Shown one piece after another: positions 36,994-46,831 of a DNA stretch of 53,325 bases. The position numbers and the translations under genes were made by a program. The notes below the pieces were generated by a model, which ran no database searches, was not told the DNA's origin, and saw nothing but the letters and a program-made list of their open reading frames with translations. Numbering within the stretch: position 1 is the first letter of the stretch; each line of letters begins with the position of its first letter. The DNA comes from an uncultured Gemmatimonadales bacterium. GTDB lineage: Bacteria; Pseudomonadota; Gammaproteobacteria; Pseudomonadales; IMCC2047. The stretch is taken from NCBI GenBank assembly GCA_964195105.1, contig CAXMOT010000099.1, forward strand, positions 1 to 53,325. The letters are read 5' to 3'.

Positions 36994-38292
36994 ACCTGTC
37001 GCCTCTTGTTTGGCGTTATTCTCAGCGTATTCATCCAGATCGGACAGGTCGTTAAATTGCTCCTTGTCCATCATGCCTTCGCTGTTGGCAATCACGGCGG
37101 TCACCATGGAATCGCCTGCTACATTCACGGCCGTACGCATCATGTCCAGCAGTCGGTCCACGCCGATAACGATCGCAATGCCCTCTACGGGCAACCCGAC
37201 TTGCTGCAATACCATGGCCAGGGTGATCAGGCCAACACCGGGCACACCGGCTGTTCCGATGGACGCGAGGGTTGCAGTGGTAATGACCATCAGGTAGCCG
37301 CTGAGGCCGATATCGACGTTAAATGCCTGGGCGATAAAGACGGTAGCAACCCCCTGCATGATCGCGGTGCCGTCCATATTGATGGTGGCGCCGAGGGGCA
37401 GGGTAAAGGCTGCGACGGAATTATCGATACCGACCCGTTTTTCCGCAACATTCAGGGTGACGGGCAGGGTTGCGCTACTGGAGGACGTGCTAAAGGCAAA
37501 CAGCAAGGCAGGGCGAATGTTTTTGAATAAGGTGAGCGGATTGAGCTTGGTGAACCCGTAGAAGAGCAGGGAGTAGACCCCCAGGCCATGCAGCAATAGC
37601 GCCAGGACGACGCAGAAGAAGTAAGCAGCCAGGTCCATGATCGCACCGTATCCCAGGTTGGCAAACAGTTTGGCTAGCATGCAGAACACGCCGTAGGGTG
37701 CCAGGTGCATCAGGATAACGACCATCTTCATGATCACTTCATTGAATTCGTTAAAGATCTCCTGGACCTTGCGGCCCTTGTCGCCGCAACGGGATACCGC
37801 AACGCCCATCAGCAGTGAAAAGACAATGATCTGCAGCATGTTGCCCTCGGCCATCGCCTGGATTGGATTGGAGGGGAAAATGTTGATCAGCACTTCCTTG
37901 AGTGACGGGGACTCTGTGGCAACAAAGCTGACTTCGTCGGCCATATTCATTCCCACACCCGGCTGGATCAGCGCCGCTACTGTCAGGGCCAGGGTGATCG
38001 CAACGGCGGTGGTGAAAACGTAAAGCAACAGGGTTTTGAGCGCCATATTCCCCATCCGTGCATTGTCACCCAGCGCCGAGCAACCACATACCAGGGAGAC
38101 GAATACCAGAGGCACAACCAGCAGTTTAAGCGATGCAACAAAGATGGTCCCAACCACATCGAAGGCGCCGTCCACCAGCGCCCATCGCACCCATTCGCCC
38201 AATCCCTCGGTGCTGCCGATGATCAGGTTCAGCACGATGCCCAGGCCCAGGCCTGCTACCATGCCGATTAATATGCGTGTGGTGAGATTCAT
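36991..38292 (-). CDS. Dicarboxylate/amino acid:cation symporter (DAACS family)
   Basis: 433-aa polytopic protein with family motifs ATINMDGTA and SIGTAGVPG. Confidence 0.9.
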   Translation of the reverse strand: MNLTTRILIGMVAGLGLGIVLNLIIGSTEGLGEWVRWALVDGAFDVVGTIFVASLKLLVVPLVFVSLVCGCSALGDNARMGNMALKTLLLYVFTTAVAITLALTVAALIQPGVGMNMADEVSFVATESPSLKEVLINIFPSNPIQAMAEGNMLQIIVFSLLMGVAVSRCGDKGRKVQEIFNEFNEVIMKMVVILMHLAPYGVFCMLAKLFANLGYGAIMDLAAYFFCVVLALLLHGLGVYSLLFYGFTKLNPLTLFKNIRPALLFAFSTSSSSATLPVTLNVAEKRVGIDNSVAAFTLPLGATINMDGTAIMQGVATVFIAQAFNVDIGLSGYLMVITTATLASIGTAGVPGVGLITLAMVLQQVGLPVEGIAIVIGVDRLLDMMRTAVNVAGDSMVTAVIANSEGMMDKEQFNDLSDLDEYAENNAKQEATG

Positions 38293-38407
38293 AGTTTCAT
38301 ACCCCTATTTAGTTCCAACGACCTGATAATTAAGGATTCAGTGAGCTGCGTCTTGTCTAGAATCATCTGGCAAACGCTGCATCTTAAATGATCAGGTGGT
38401 TGGAGTG

Positions 38408-39427
38408 CTAGTCCAATGATGGAGCGACATGCAGGCCGCCATCACTGGCGTGTGCATTCAGGCCCCTTGGCATCTTATAAGGTGAGTCGGCGCCGAGAAA
38501 ACGCTGGAATACTTCGTCATAATTGCCCACCTGGCTGATAACCTTATCATGCCAGCGTGGATCGAGGCCAATGCTGATGCCCTTGATGCCCGCCATATCC
38601 CACAGCCCCTTAATGTCCCGGGGGATGCTCTCCAGCGACTCGGCGCTGATGCCTAATTGCTCGGCACTCAGCATCAGCGCAAGCGTCCAGCGGATGATCT
38701 TGTACCACTCCACATCGTCGCTGCGCACCAGCGGCCCGGTGGCGCGTATGGCAATTTTATCGGGCAGCATACGGGTGTTGAGTTCGGCCGGTAACAGGGT
38801 CGCCAGGTAATGTAGCTGGGCCAGGTCGGCCGTTATCGCGTCGCAGCGCTGCTGTTCAAATGCCTTGGCTGCGGCTTCAATCGAGTTCATGGATACCAGC
38901 TTCAGTTCCAGGCCTGCGGCCGCCATAAACAGTTCCAGGTTTTGGTTGTGGTCCTGGTCATCATCGATGCATACCGATTTGTCCTGTAAATCCGTTGCCG
39001 TGTAGGCGTCCGCTTCATCACGGACCAATAGCGTCTGGCTGGCGAAATACAGTGGTTCAACAAACATCAGTCCCTGTGTGGTATCGGTCCCAAGTGCCAT
39101 CCCGGAGTGGCGCACGACGATATCCAGGTCGCCGGATTGCAGGGCTGCATGGCCTTTCTCAAGCGCCAATGGCACGAAGCGAACCCGGGTGGCATCGCCG
39201 AGGGTTGCGGCCGCGACCGCATGACAGAAGCTGACTTCAAGCCCTTGCCAGTTGCCAGCGTCTTTTACCGAGAATCCGGGTAAGCTGCTGTGCACGCCGC
39301 AGTTGAGAAAGCGCTTTTCCTTGATCCTGTCCAGTGTTGACGCGGCGCTCAGGTTGCTCGCATGCGCCATCGCGATGATAAGCAATAGGGTGAAAAGCGT
39401 TTGTAGGGGTGCGGCGGAGACCTTCAA
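38408..39427 (-). CDS. Amino-acid ABC-type periplasmic substrate-binding protein (AapJ/BztA-like), orphan
   Basis: 339 aa with a signal peptide ending AMAHA. The NCGV....PGF......GNW.G.....FC.AVAAA..GD motif resembles general L-amino-acid binding proteins. No adjacent permease or ATPase genes. TTG start. Confidence 0.82.
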   Translation of the reverse strand: MKVSAAPLQTLFTLLLIIAMAHASNLSAASTLDRIKEKRFLNCGVHSSLPGFSVKDAGNWQGLEVSFCHAVAAATLGDATRVRFVPLALEKGHAALQSGDLDIVVRHSGMALGTDTTQGLMFVEPLYFASQTLLVRDEADAYTATDLQDKSVCIDDDQDHNQNLELFMAAAGLELKLVSMNSIEAAAKAFEQQRCDAITADLAQLHYLATLLPAELNTRMLPDKIAIRATGPLVRSDDVEWYKIIRWTLALMLSAEQLGISAESLESIPRDIKGLWDMAGIKGISIGLDPRWHDKVISQVGNYDEVFQRFLGADSPYKMPRGLNAHASDGGLHVAPSLD

Positions 39428-39482
39428 CCTAGAAACCTCGGTTGTGCATACTTTCGTGATCCAACTGAGGTTTCTAGGTTCA
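39424..39482. mobile_element. MITE-like element, family A, short hairpin form (core 39427-39479, 53 bp) with TCA target duplication
   Basis: Arms cctagaaacctcggttg and caactgaggtttctagg (16/17 plus one G-T) surround the loop tgcatactttcgtgatc. Direct TCA copies lie at 39424-39426 and 39480-39482. Confidence 0.8.
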
Positions 39483-39599
39483 TAGTTCAGTGGCTACAAA
39501 TCTGGGCGGATGGGGAGAGTAGAATGCCGTTACTCTATGCGGGCGCGTTGCCAAGTGCAAGTGGCCGCGGCGTTCAACTGCGTGGAAGCCGGGCAGCGG

Positions 39600-40286
39600 T
39601 CAGTCGCGCAGGCTGATGCAGGGCCAGCCTTGCTCCAGCGCGTGTGCCTGAAGCATTTGATCGCCATCAACCACGACGGGATTCGCTACTGCTTCGAGTA
39701 ACGGCAGGTCATTGATCGAATCGCTATAGGCATAGCTGCCGGTCAAGGTGACCTGGTGGTTGTCGAGCCACTGTGACAGTCGCGTAATCTTGCCTTCGCG
39801 AAATGAGGGCGTACCCGCCACGCGGCCTGTATATGCACCATCGACTATTTCAGGTTCGCTGGCAATGAATTCATCGATGCCGAGCCGTTTGCAGATGGGC
39901 GCCGCTACAAAGCTGTTGGTGGAGGTGATGACCAGGCATTGATCACCCCGTGCCTGGTGTTCCAGCACCAGTTCGTGGGCCTTGGGCAGCAGCATATGCT
40001 GGATTTTCTGCGTCATGAACTGTGTATGCATTTCGTTTAGCGCTGCCATTGAGTGCTCTGCCAGTGGTGCCAGCGCAAAAGCCAGGTACTCCTGGATATC
40101 CAATTCCCCTTGCTGGTACTGCTGGTAAAAGTGGGCGTTTCTCTGTTGATAGAACTCGCCGTCGACGACTCCCTCCTCGACCAGGAATTCCCCCCAGGCA
40201 TAATCGCTGTCTCCCGCGATCAGGGTATTGTCCAAATCAAAAATGCTTAATGCCATATTATTCCTCAATGGTTTCTGGTGTAGCAC
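39600..40286 (-). CDS. HAD-IB family hydrolase (SerB-like subfamily)
   Basis: IFDLDNTLI (DxDxT) motif. 228 aa, divergent from rppH-ptsP as in Pseudomonas. Confidence 0.82.
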   Translation of the reverse strand: MLHQKPLRNNMALSIFDLDNTLIAGDSDYAWGEFLVEEGVVDGEFYQQRNAHFYQQYQQGELDIQEYLAFALAPLAEHSMAALNEMHTQFMTQKIQHMLLPKAHELVLEHQARGDQCLVITSTNSFVAAPICKRLGIDEFIASEPEIVDGAYTGRVAGTPSFREGKITRLSQWLDNHQVTLTGSYAYSDSINDLPLLEAVANPVVVDGDQMLQAHALEQGWPCISLRD

Positions 40287-40475
40287 GGGTCACATTATAA
40301 CGACTTTATGATAGGGTTAGTCGATCAACATCAATCCATATTCGCGCAAGCGCATTTGTCGTCTCGGGTTAAGCTGGGTAAATGGTGAGGTAAATAGTCA
40401 ATTATTTCTAACGGATTATCGATACCTGCCGGTTTTCAGGGGCAGCGATAGAGCGAGTATCCAAGGTGCTAAATT

Positions 40476-40952
40476 GTGATAGATTCAGACGGGTTTCGTC
40501 CCAACGTTGGTATCGTGTTGACCAACAACTGGGGACAAGTGCTATGGGCACGCCGTATAGGCCAGAACGCCTGGCAATTTCCCCAGGGTGGTATCAAGGA
40601 AAACGAACTGCCGGAAGAAGCATTATATAGGGAGCTGCAGGAAGAAGTCGGGCTCGTCGAAAGTGATGTCCGGATTCTTGCGCGTACCCAGGGTTGGCTG
40701 CGTTATCGCCTGCCGAAACGGTTGCAAAGAACCGCCTCGAAGCCTGTCTGTGTCGGTCAGAAGCAAAAATGGTACTTGTTGCAGATGACCGCTCCTGATG
40801 AAAGGGTCAATTTCAATGGCTCTGAAACCCCGGAATTTGAAGATTGGCGATGGGTTAGCTATTGGTACCCGATCAGCCAGGTGGTGTTATTCAAGCGTGA
40901 TGTTTATAGACGGGCGTTAAAGGAATTATCACCATGGCTGTTACTGCCATGA
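40476..40952 (+). CDS. rppH: RNA pyrophosphohydrolase (Nudix)
   Basis: [16 protein letters not shown]-terminus and Nudix box [26 protein letters not shown] start, upstream of ptsP. Confidence 0.93.
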   Translation: MIDSDGFRPNVGIVLTNNWGQVLWARRIGQNAWQFPQGGIKENELPEEALYRELQEEVGLVESDVRILARTQGWLRYRLPKRLQRTASKPVCVGQKQKWYLLQMTAPDERVNFNGSETPEFEDWRWVSYWYPISQVVLFKRDVYRRALKELSPWLLLP

Positions 40953-40981
40953 CAGGGAATTAACCAGTAAATGGAAGATAG

Positions 40982-43249
40982 ATGCTAGATACGCTGCGAA
41001 GTATAGTCCAGGCGGTGAACGCCGCTCAGGATCTTAAGACGGCGCTCGGGATTGTGGTTGCCAAGGTATTGGTCGCGCTCGATACCAATGCGTCGGGTAT
41101 TTATCTGCTTGATTCGGAAACTGATGAGTTTGTCCTGCGTGCAGCGCGAGGCCTGAAGCAGGACGCGGTTAGCAAGGTCCGGATGAAGCGCTCGCAAGGC
41201 CTGGTCGGGCTGGTGGGAACGCGGGCCGAGCCGCTCAATCTTGAGGATGCCGCCGCGCATCCAAACTTCCAGTATTTTTCCGAAACTGGCGAGGAAATGT
41301 TCAGCTCTTTTCTCGGCGTGCCAATCATTCATCACAGGAATGTACTCGGCGTACTCATCGTACAAAGTCATGACCAACGCAAATTCGATGAAGAGGCGGA
41401 GGCGTTCCTTATTACCCTGGCGTCCCAGCTGGCAGTCGTGCTGGTGCACGCCGAGGCAACCGGCGCGATCAAGGAAATCACTGAAACCGGCGCCAGCAGC
41501 CTGGTTAAATTCGAAGGGGTTCCGGGCGCTCCGGGTGTCGGTCGAGGTACCGCCGTGGTGGTATACCCCGCCGCCGACCTGGATGCCATACCGGATCAGG
41601 ATGCCGCCGACATTGACGCAGAGCTGCAGAAATTTGCAGATGCCCTGGGCAGCGTCAGGCGGGATATTACGGAGTTTAATGATGCCCTGTCAGGCGACCT
41701 GGGCGTTGAAGAAAGGCTCCTGTTTGATGTGTACCTGAAGATGCTCGACGATAACGCGCTCGGCGGCGAAATTGCGGCGGTAATCAAGCAGGGTCAATGG
41801 GCGCAGGGCTCGGTGCGCACGGTCATTCAGGAGCACGTCAAGGTGTTTGACCTGATGGAGGACCCGTACCTGCGCGAGCGTGCTTCGGATATTCGGGACC
41901 TGGGGCGCAGGATCCTGTTTTATCTCGACGAAAAACAGCGGCCTGAAACGGACTATCCGGACCACATTGTTCTTATCGGTGAAGAACTAAACCCGACCGA
42001 CCTCGCTGAAGTCCCTCGAGAGCGGCTCGCCGGGCTGGTTACCCATCGCGGCTCCCCGAATTCACACATCGCCATCCTCGCGAGAGCGATGGAAGTGCCG
42101 ATGGTGGTCGCCGCTAGCGACATGCCCGTGCGGGAGATGAACGGGCTGGAAGTGATTGTCGATGGTTACCAGGGCAAATTGTTCCCTAATCCTTCGGCCG
42201 AACTCGGGCAGCATTTCGCCAGCGTCATCGCGGAAGAAAAGGCCATGGAGCGCGGGCTCGAGGCGCTGTCCGGATTGCCAGCAGAAACCACCGACCAATA
42301 CCGAATCCCACTGCGGGTGAATACCGGGTTGTTGTCGGATGTGGCGCGTTCCCTGAATCGGGGTGCGGAGGGTGTCGGCTTGTATCGCACCGAAGTGCCG
42401 TTCATGATGACCGACCGGTTTCCCAGTGAAACGCAGCAGACAGAGTTTTATCGCCAGCATCTGCAAGCGTTCGCACCTCATCCTGTGACCATGCGTACGC
42501 TCGATGTGGGGGGGGATAAAGCGCTGCCTTACTTCCCGATTGACGATGCAAACCCTTTCCTTGGTTGGCGCGGCATCCGCATCACCCTCGATCACCCGGA
42601 AATCTTCCTGGTGCAACTGCGTGCCATGCTCAAGGCCAGTGAGAACCTGGATAACCTGCGCATCATGTTCCCTATGATCTCCAACGTCACCGAAGTGGAA
42701 GAGGCCCTGCACCATCTTCACCAGGCCTATCATGAGGTTCGCGAAGAAGGCTTTGATATCGTTATGCCGCCGGTCGGCGTGATGATTGAGGTGCCGGCGG
42801 CGGTCTACCAGGCCCGGGAGCTGGCACAGCGGGTGGATTTCCTGTCGGTGGGCAGTAACGACCTCACCCAGTACCTGCTGGCAGTCGATCGTAATAACAG
42901 TTACGTGGCCGATCTGTATCACCCGTTCCACCCCGCGGTGCTCAAGGCGCTTAAGTCGATTGTTAACAAGGCGCACCTCGAGAATAAGTCGGTTAGCCTG
43001 TGTGGTGAGTTGGCTGGTGATCCTCGCGGTGCGATCCTGCTATTCGCGATGGGGTATGACGAATTGTCGATGAATGCGGCCAGCCTGCTCAAGGTCAAGG
43101 CGGGAGTACGTAGCGTCAGTATGAAGGAAGCTCGCAAGATTCTCGATCGCGTCATGCAACTGGATACCGCCGATGCGGTGGAAAGCCAGTTGAACATGGC
43201 GCTTGCCGAATTGGGTATCGTGCAGATCGATAGCCGAATAGAGAAATAA
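40982..43249 (+). CDS. ptsP: Phosphoenolpyruvate-protein phosphotransferase PtsP (EI-Ntr, N-terminal GAF domain)
   Basis: 755 aa with a GAF N-terminus, the phosphohistidine region GSPNSHIAILARA and the PEP-utilizing motif SVGSNDLTQY. Confidence 0.95.
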   Translation: MLDTLRSIVQAVNAAQDLKTALGIVVAKVLVALDTNASGIYLLDSETDEFVLRAARGLKQDAVSKVRMKRSQGLVGLVGTRAEPLNLEDAAAHPNFQYFSETGEEMFSSFLGVPIIHHRNVLGVLIVQSHDQRKFDEEAEAFLITLASQLAVVLVHAEATGAIKEITETGASSLVKFEGVPGAPGVGRGTAVVVYPAADLDAIPDQDAADIDAELQKFADALGSVRRDITEFNDALSGDLGVEERLLFDVYLKMLDDNALGGEIAAVIKQGQWAQGSVRTVIQEHVKVFDLMEDPYLRERASDIRDLGRRILFYLDEKQRPETDYPDHIVLIGEELNPTDLAEVPRERLAGLVTHRGSPNSHIAILARAMEVPMVVAASDMPVREMNGLEVIVDGYQGKLFPNPSAELGQHFASVIAEEKAMERGLEALSGLPAETTDQYRIPLRVNTGLLSDVARSLNRGAEGVGLYRTEVPFMMTDRFPSETQQTEFYRQHLQAFAPHPVTMRTLDVGGDKALPYFPIDDANPFLGWRGIRITLDHPEIFLVQLRAMLKASENLDNLRIMFPMISNVTEVEEALHHLHQAYHEVREEGFDIVMPPVGVMIEVPAAVYQARELAQRVDFLSVGSNDLTQYLLAVDRNNSYVADLYHPFHPAVLKALKSIVNKAHLENKSVSLCGELAGDPRGAILLFAMGYDELSMNAASLLKVKAGVRSVSMKEARKILDRVMQLDTADAVESQLNMALAELGIVQIDSRIEK

Positions 43250-43250
43250 C

Positions 43251-43270
43251 CTGGGACAGATACGTCCCGG
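43251..43270. terminator. Short stem-loop between convergent ptsP and the NRDE gene
   Basis: ctgggac-agatac-gtcccgg forms a 7-bp stem including one G-U. There is no U-tract. Confidence 0.3.
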
Positions 43271-43275
43271 CCCGG

Positions 43276-44043
43276 TTATTGAGTTTTGATGTTAAAGCGA
43301 TACTCCTGTACATCATCCGGACTGCCGCTGGCGAGGAAACCCTGTTCATAGAAATGCACCGAACCGTGGCGGGTAATGCTCAGCACGGTCGTGGCCCTTG
43401 TGCCATAGTCGGACGTATTTATAAACCGGCTGGACAGAATGCGCTCCCACTCCAGCCCTACCCCCGTATTTGGTAGCTGCTGGTCTGTGGCGCGGCGTCG
43501 GTCGCCGAGCATCGCTACGATGCCGGGTACGTCGGGCGCGGGTTGTAACAGGTGTTGAAGCGCCTGCTTCGCTTCCTGGACTTTCGGCCACGGCGTATCC
43601 AGTCCGGCATTGCTTAATCCGTATAGCCCCGCTTCAAGGCGCACCAGTTCGCCATCGTCGCTGGATAAATAATACAGGTTCGCGGCATCGCCAAAGATAA
43701 GGTTGAAGCCGTTGTATAGATCCAGCCCTGGCTGGATTTTTTTGTAGTATTGCGGGGGCGTCTCTTCACCTGTGAGGAAATCTCGTGTAAGTTTGCCCCT
43801 TGATTTTGCGGATGTGTTGTTGCTGGAGGGCGCGCGAATATTGGTCACTGCTGCGATGCGACCGTGCCGGGAAATGCCCAGCCAGGTGCCGCCTTGTTCA
43901 AGGTCCCGTCCACCAAGAACCTGCGGAGATTCATCCCAGAAGTGTGCGGTTTGCGACGGTCGTCGATAAAATTCGTCCCTGTTTGCTGCCAGGACCAGCG
44001 GGTGTTCGGCATGTTGTTGCAGTGATAATAGAATAAGGCACAT
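43276..44043 (-). CDS. NRDE-family (DUF833/TANGO2-like) protein
   Basis: N-terminal MCLILL and the AANRDEF motif. 255 aa. Confidence 0.88.
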   Translation of the reverse strand: MCLILLSLQQHAEHPLVLAANRDEFYRRPSQTAHFWDESPQVLGGRDLEQGGTWLGISRHGRIAAVTNIRAPSSNNTSAKSRGKLTRDFLTGEETPPQYYKKIQPGLDLYNGFNLIFGDAANLYYLSSDDGELVRLEAGLYGLSNAGLDTPWPKVQEAKQALQHLLQPAPDVPGIVAMLGDRRRATDQQLPNTGVGLEWERILSSRFINTSDYGTRATTVLSITRHGSVHFYEQGFLASGSPDDVQEYRFNIKTQ

Positions 44044-44155
44044 CGCAGCGAACCCCGGGTTGCTTGATTATCGGAACCACTTCATTGCAGGATGCCATCA
44101 ACCATTTTCAGGTGGCGCCTCGCCTCGCACCAGCGCATGGTGTTAAGGAATAGTT

Positions 44156-44962
44156 ATGCTGACTTACCCTAACATAGATCCGATTGCAGTCGCTATCGGA
44201 CCGCTCAAGATCCACTGGTATGGATTAATGTACCTAGTGGGTTTTATCGCCGCCTGGTGGCTGGGGAGTCGGCGCGCCGGCACAGCGGGTGCGGCATTAA
44301 CCAAGGACGCGCAGGTCTCGGACCTTATCTTTTATGGCGCGATGGGGGTCATCCTCGGCGGCCGGTTTGGCTATGTGTTGTTCTATCATTTCGATTATTT
44401 CCTGCACAAGCCATGGTGGTTGTTCTACGTGTGGGAAGGGGGCATGTCGTTCCATGGTGGTTTAATCGGGGTGATCCTGGCGCTCTACCTGTATGGGCGC
44501 AAGCTCGGTAAATCGTTCTTTGAAATGTCGGACTTTACCGCGCCGCTGGTGCCGATCGGCCTGGGTGCCGGACGCCTCGGCAACTTTATCGGTGGCGAGT
44601 TATGGGGAAGAGTCACGGACGTACCCTGGGGTATGGTATTTCCCGGTGCAGGTGATGCAGCTCGGCATCCGTCCCAGCTCTACCAGTTCTTTCTCGAAGG
44701 TGTGGTGCTGTTTGGGATCCTGTGGTGGTTTTCATCCAAACCGCGGCCGCGTATGTCGATATCCGGTTTGTTCCTGCTGGGTTACGGCGTGGCAAGGTTC
44801 GTGGTGGAATTTTTTCGGCAACCGGATGCGCACCTGGGCTATATCGCTTTTGGTTGGCTCACCATGGGGCAATTGCTCTCGTTGCCTATGATTATCATCG
44901 GCGTGCTATTCATCCTGTGGGGTTACAAAAATTTCCCCGTCGCAAAGGGAACCAGACCGTGA
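44156..44962 (+). CDS. lgt: Prolipoprotein diacylglyceryl transferase
   Basis: 268 aa with the HWYGLMY, GGRFGYV and GRLGNFINGELWGR-like motifs. Confidence 0.95.
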   Translation: MLTYPNIDPIAVAIGPLKIHWYGLMYLVGFIAAWWLGSRRAGTAGAALTKDAQVSDLIFYGAMGVILGGRFGYVLFYHFDYFLHKPWWLFYVWEGGMSFHGGLIGVILALYLYGRKLGKSFFEMSDFTAPLVPIGLGAGRLGNFIGGELWGRVTDVPWGMVFPGAGDAARHPSQLYQFFLEGVVLFGILWWFSSKPRPRMSISGLFLLGYGVARFVVEFFRQPDAHLGYIAFGWLTMGQLLSLPMIIIGVLFILWGYKNFPVAKGTRP

Positions 44963-45759
44963 AGCAATACCTGGATTTAATGCGTGATGTGCTTGATAGC
45001 GGCGCGCATAAGGATGATCGCACTGGCACCGGTACCCGCTCGGTATTCGGCCGCCAGCTACGGTTTGATCTGGCCGACGGCTTCCCGCTGGTAACAACCA
45101 AGAAGTGTCACCTTCGCTCTATTATCTATGAGCTGCTCTGGTTTCTGCGCGGCGATACCAATATTGGTTACTTAAAGGACAACGGCGTTTCTATCTGGGA
45201 TGAGTGGGCCGACGAACAGGGCAACCTGGGGCCTGTGTACGGAGAACAGTGGCGAGCCTGGCGCACGCCTGACGGCGGCAGCATCGATCAAATCAGTAAT
45301 GTGATTGCTCAGCTACGAAACAATCCGGACAGTCGTCGTATGATGGTGGTGGCCTACAATCCGGCGGTTGTGGATGAAATGGCGTTGCCGCCTTGCCATT
45401 CGCTGTTCCAGTTCTATGTCGCCGGTGGCCGGTTGTCTTGCCAGCTCTACCAGCGCTCCGCGGATTTGTTTCTCGGGGTGCCGTTCAATATAGCGTCCTA
45501 TGCGCTGTTGACCCATATGCTTGCCCAGCAGGTTGGCCTGGAGCCCGGAGACTTTGTGCATACCTTTGGTGATTGTCACCTGTACAACAATCACATCACC
45601 GATGATATCGTTTACGCGCAGTTGCAGCGTGATCCCCGGCCGCTGCCGCAGCTGAATATCAAGCGTAAACCGGAAACCCTGTTCGATTACGAGTTCGAGG
45701 ACTTCGAGGTGCTGGGCTATGATCCTCACCCCGCGATCAAGGCACCTGTGGCAGTTTGA
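44959..45759 (+). CDS. thyA: Thymidylate synthase (ThyA)
   Basis: A GTG at 44959 overlaps the lgt stop (GTGA) and gives the canonical 266-aa protein starting (M)[11 protein letters not shown]. The active site [11 protein letters not shown] is present. The track start at 44722 is an in-frame upstream extension inside lgt. Confidence 0.93.
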   Translation: MKQYLDLMRDVLDSGAHKDDRTGTGTRSVFGRQLRFDLADGFPLVTTKKCHLRSIIYELLWFLRGDTNIGYLKDNGVSIWDEWADEQGNLGPVYGEQWRAWRTPDGGSIDQISNVIAQLRNNPDSRRMMVVAYNPAVVDEMALPPCHSLFQFYVAGGRLSCQLYQRSADLFLGVPFNIASYALLTHMLAQQVGLEPGDFVHTFGDCHLYNNHITDDIVYAQLQRDPRPLPQLNIKRKPETLFDYEFEDFEVLGYDPHPAIKAPVAV

Positions 45760-45801
45760 AGAATACGCTATACTCACTGCAGCGACGCAACGGGGGAGCA
45801 C

Positions 45802-46185
45802 ATGACGAATACTCTAACGACGCAAGAGCGCAGAGCCAGTAAACGAATTAGAGCCGTACACCTTAGCGCAAACCTGTGCCACAGGAACTTCCTGCGGCGC
45901 CAGTTACGCCGCCGTGATGCCGCGGTCGTGGATTTCAGCAGGAAAGGCATCGCGCTTTGCACCGACAACCGTTTCCGGGTGGGTGACAAGATCGAACTCC
46001 AGCTAAAGTCCAGTTCAGAGCAGATTACCGGCATAAATGGAATTGTGCGCTATGTGGCTCGGGAGCACGGTGAATACAGCCTGGGGATCGAGTTTGAGGC
46101 GGGCCGCCGCAAGGAGGGAGGCGATAGCGAGAATTCCAGTATCCTGCGTTGCATGGAAAAGGTCGTAGAGCACCAGTTAGCCTAG
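45802..46185 (+). CDS. Single-domain PilZ protein (c-di-GMP receptor)
   Basis: Canonical RRASKR (RxxxR) and DFSRKG (DxSxxG) motifs are about 30 residues apart. 127 aa, with a GGGGAG SD upstream. Confidence 0.8.
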   Translation: MTNTLTTQERRASKRIRAVHLSANLCHRNFLRRQLRRRDAAVVDFSRKGIALCTDNRFRVGDKIELQLKSSSEQITGINGIVRYVAREHGEYSLGIEFEAGRRKEGGDSENSSILRCMEKVVEHQLA

Positions 46186-46213
46186 TACTACCTTAACGGA
46201 GTGCCAGACAACC

Positions 46214-46825
46214 ATGATTTCACACCTCGAGCGTAACGCGCTGCTGTGCGGGCTTATCCTGGCCCTGGGGGTGTCGCTAGTCCGGCCCTTTGATATGCTC
46301 ACCTGGTTTCTGGAAACAGCGCCGGTGATTGCCGGCCTGCCAATTCTGGTGTTTACCTTCAAACGTTTCCCGCTCACTCCCCTGGCCTATCGACTGTTAT
46401 TCCTGCACGCGCTGATCCTTATCCTGGGGGCCCATTATTCCTATGCTCGGGTGCCGCTGGGTTTCTGGTTGCAGGACGTCTTTGAATTTTCACGCAATAA
46501 CTACGATCGATTGGGACACATTGCCCAGGGATTTGTGCCGGCAATCGTGGCTCGCGAATTGTTGCTGCGGTTGCATGTAGTGGCGCGTCGCGGCTGGCTG
46601 TTCGTGATTGTTGTGTGCATTTGCCTGGCCATCAGCGCATTCTATGAACTCATCGAATGGTGGGTGGCGCTGGCTGCGGGGCAAGCGTCAACGGAGTTTT
46701 TGGGCACCCAGGGTGATCCCTGGGATACCCAGTGGGACATGTTCCTGGCGTTGGGCGGAGCCCTGGTCGCATTGCTGACACTGGCCAAACCCCACGACAA
46801 GTCACTGGCGCGGCTGGCGCAGTAG
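46214..46825 (+). CDS. DUF2238 (YjdF-like) inner-membrane protein
   Basis: 203 aa with the FSRNNYDRLGHIAQGFVPA motif characteristic of the family. Confidence 0.82.
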   Translation: MISHLERNALLCGLILALGVSLVRPFDMLTWFLETAPVIAGLPILVFTFKRFPLTPLAYRLLFLHALILILGAHYSYARVPLGFWLQDVFEFSRNNYDRLGHIAQGFVPAIVARELLLRLHVVARRGWLFVIVVCICLAISAFYELIEWWVALAAGQASTEFLGTQGDPWDTQWDMFLALGGALVALLTLAKPHDKSLARLAQ

Positions 46826-46831
46826 GCCCCC

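Noticed and set aside
42062-42976. Long antisense ORFs inside well-supported genes, for example 42062..42976(-) in ptsP, 12737..13531(-) in msbA, 49938..50654(-) in the kinase, 9957..10679(-) in pomB and 1451..2071(-) in ribH.
   Set aside because: They lie fully inside genes whose sense-strand products carry clear family motifs. Their translations are low-complexity (Arg/Ser/Ala/Pro-rich) with no recognisable motifs, which is typical of shadow ORFs.
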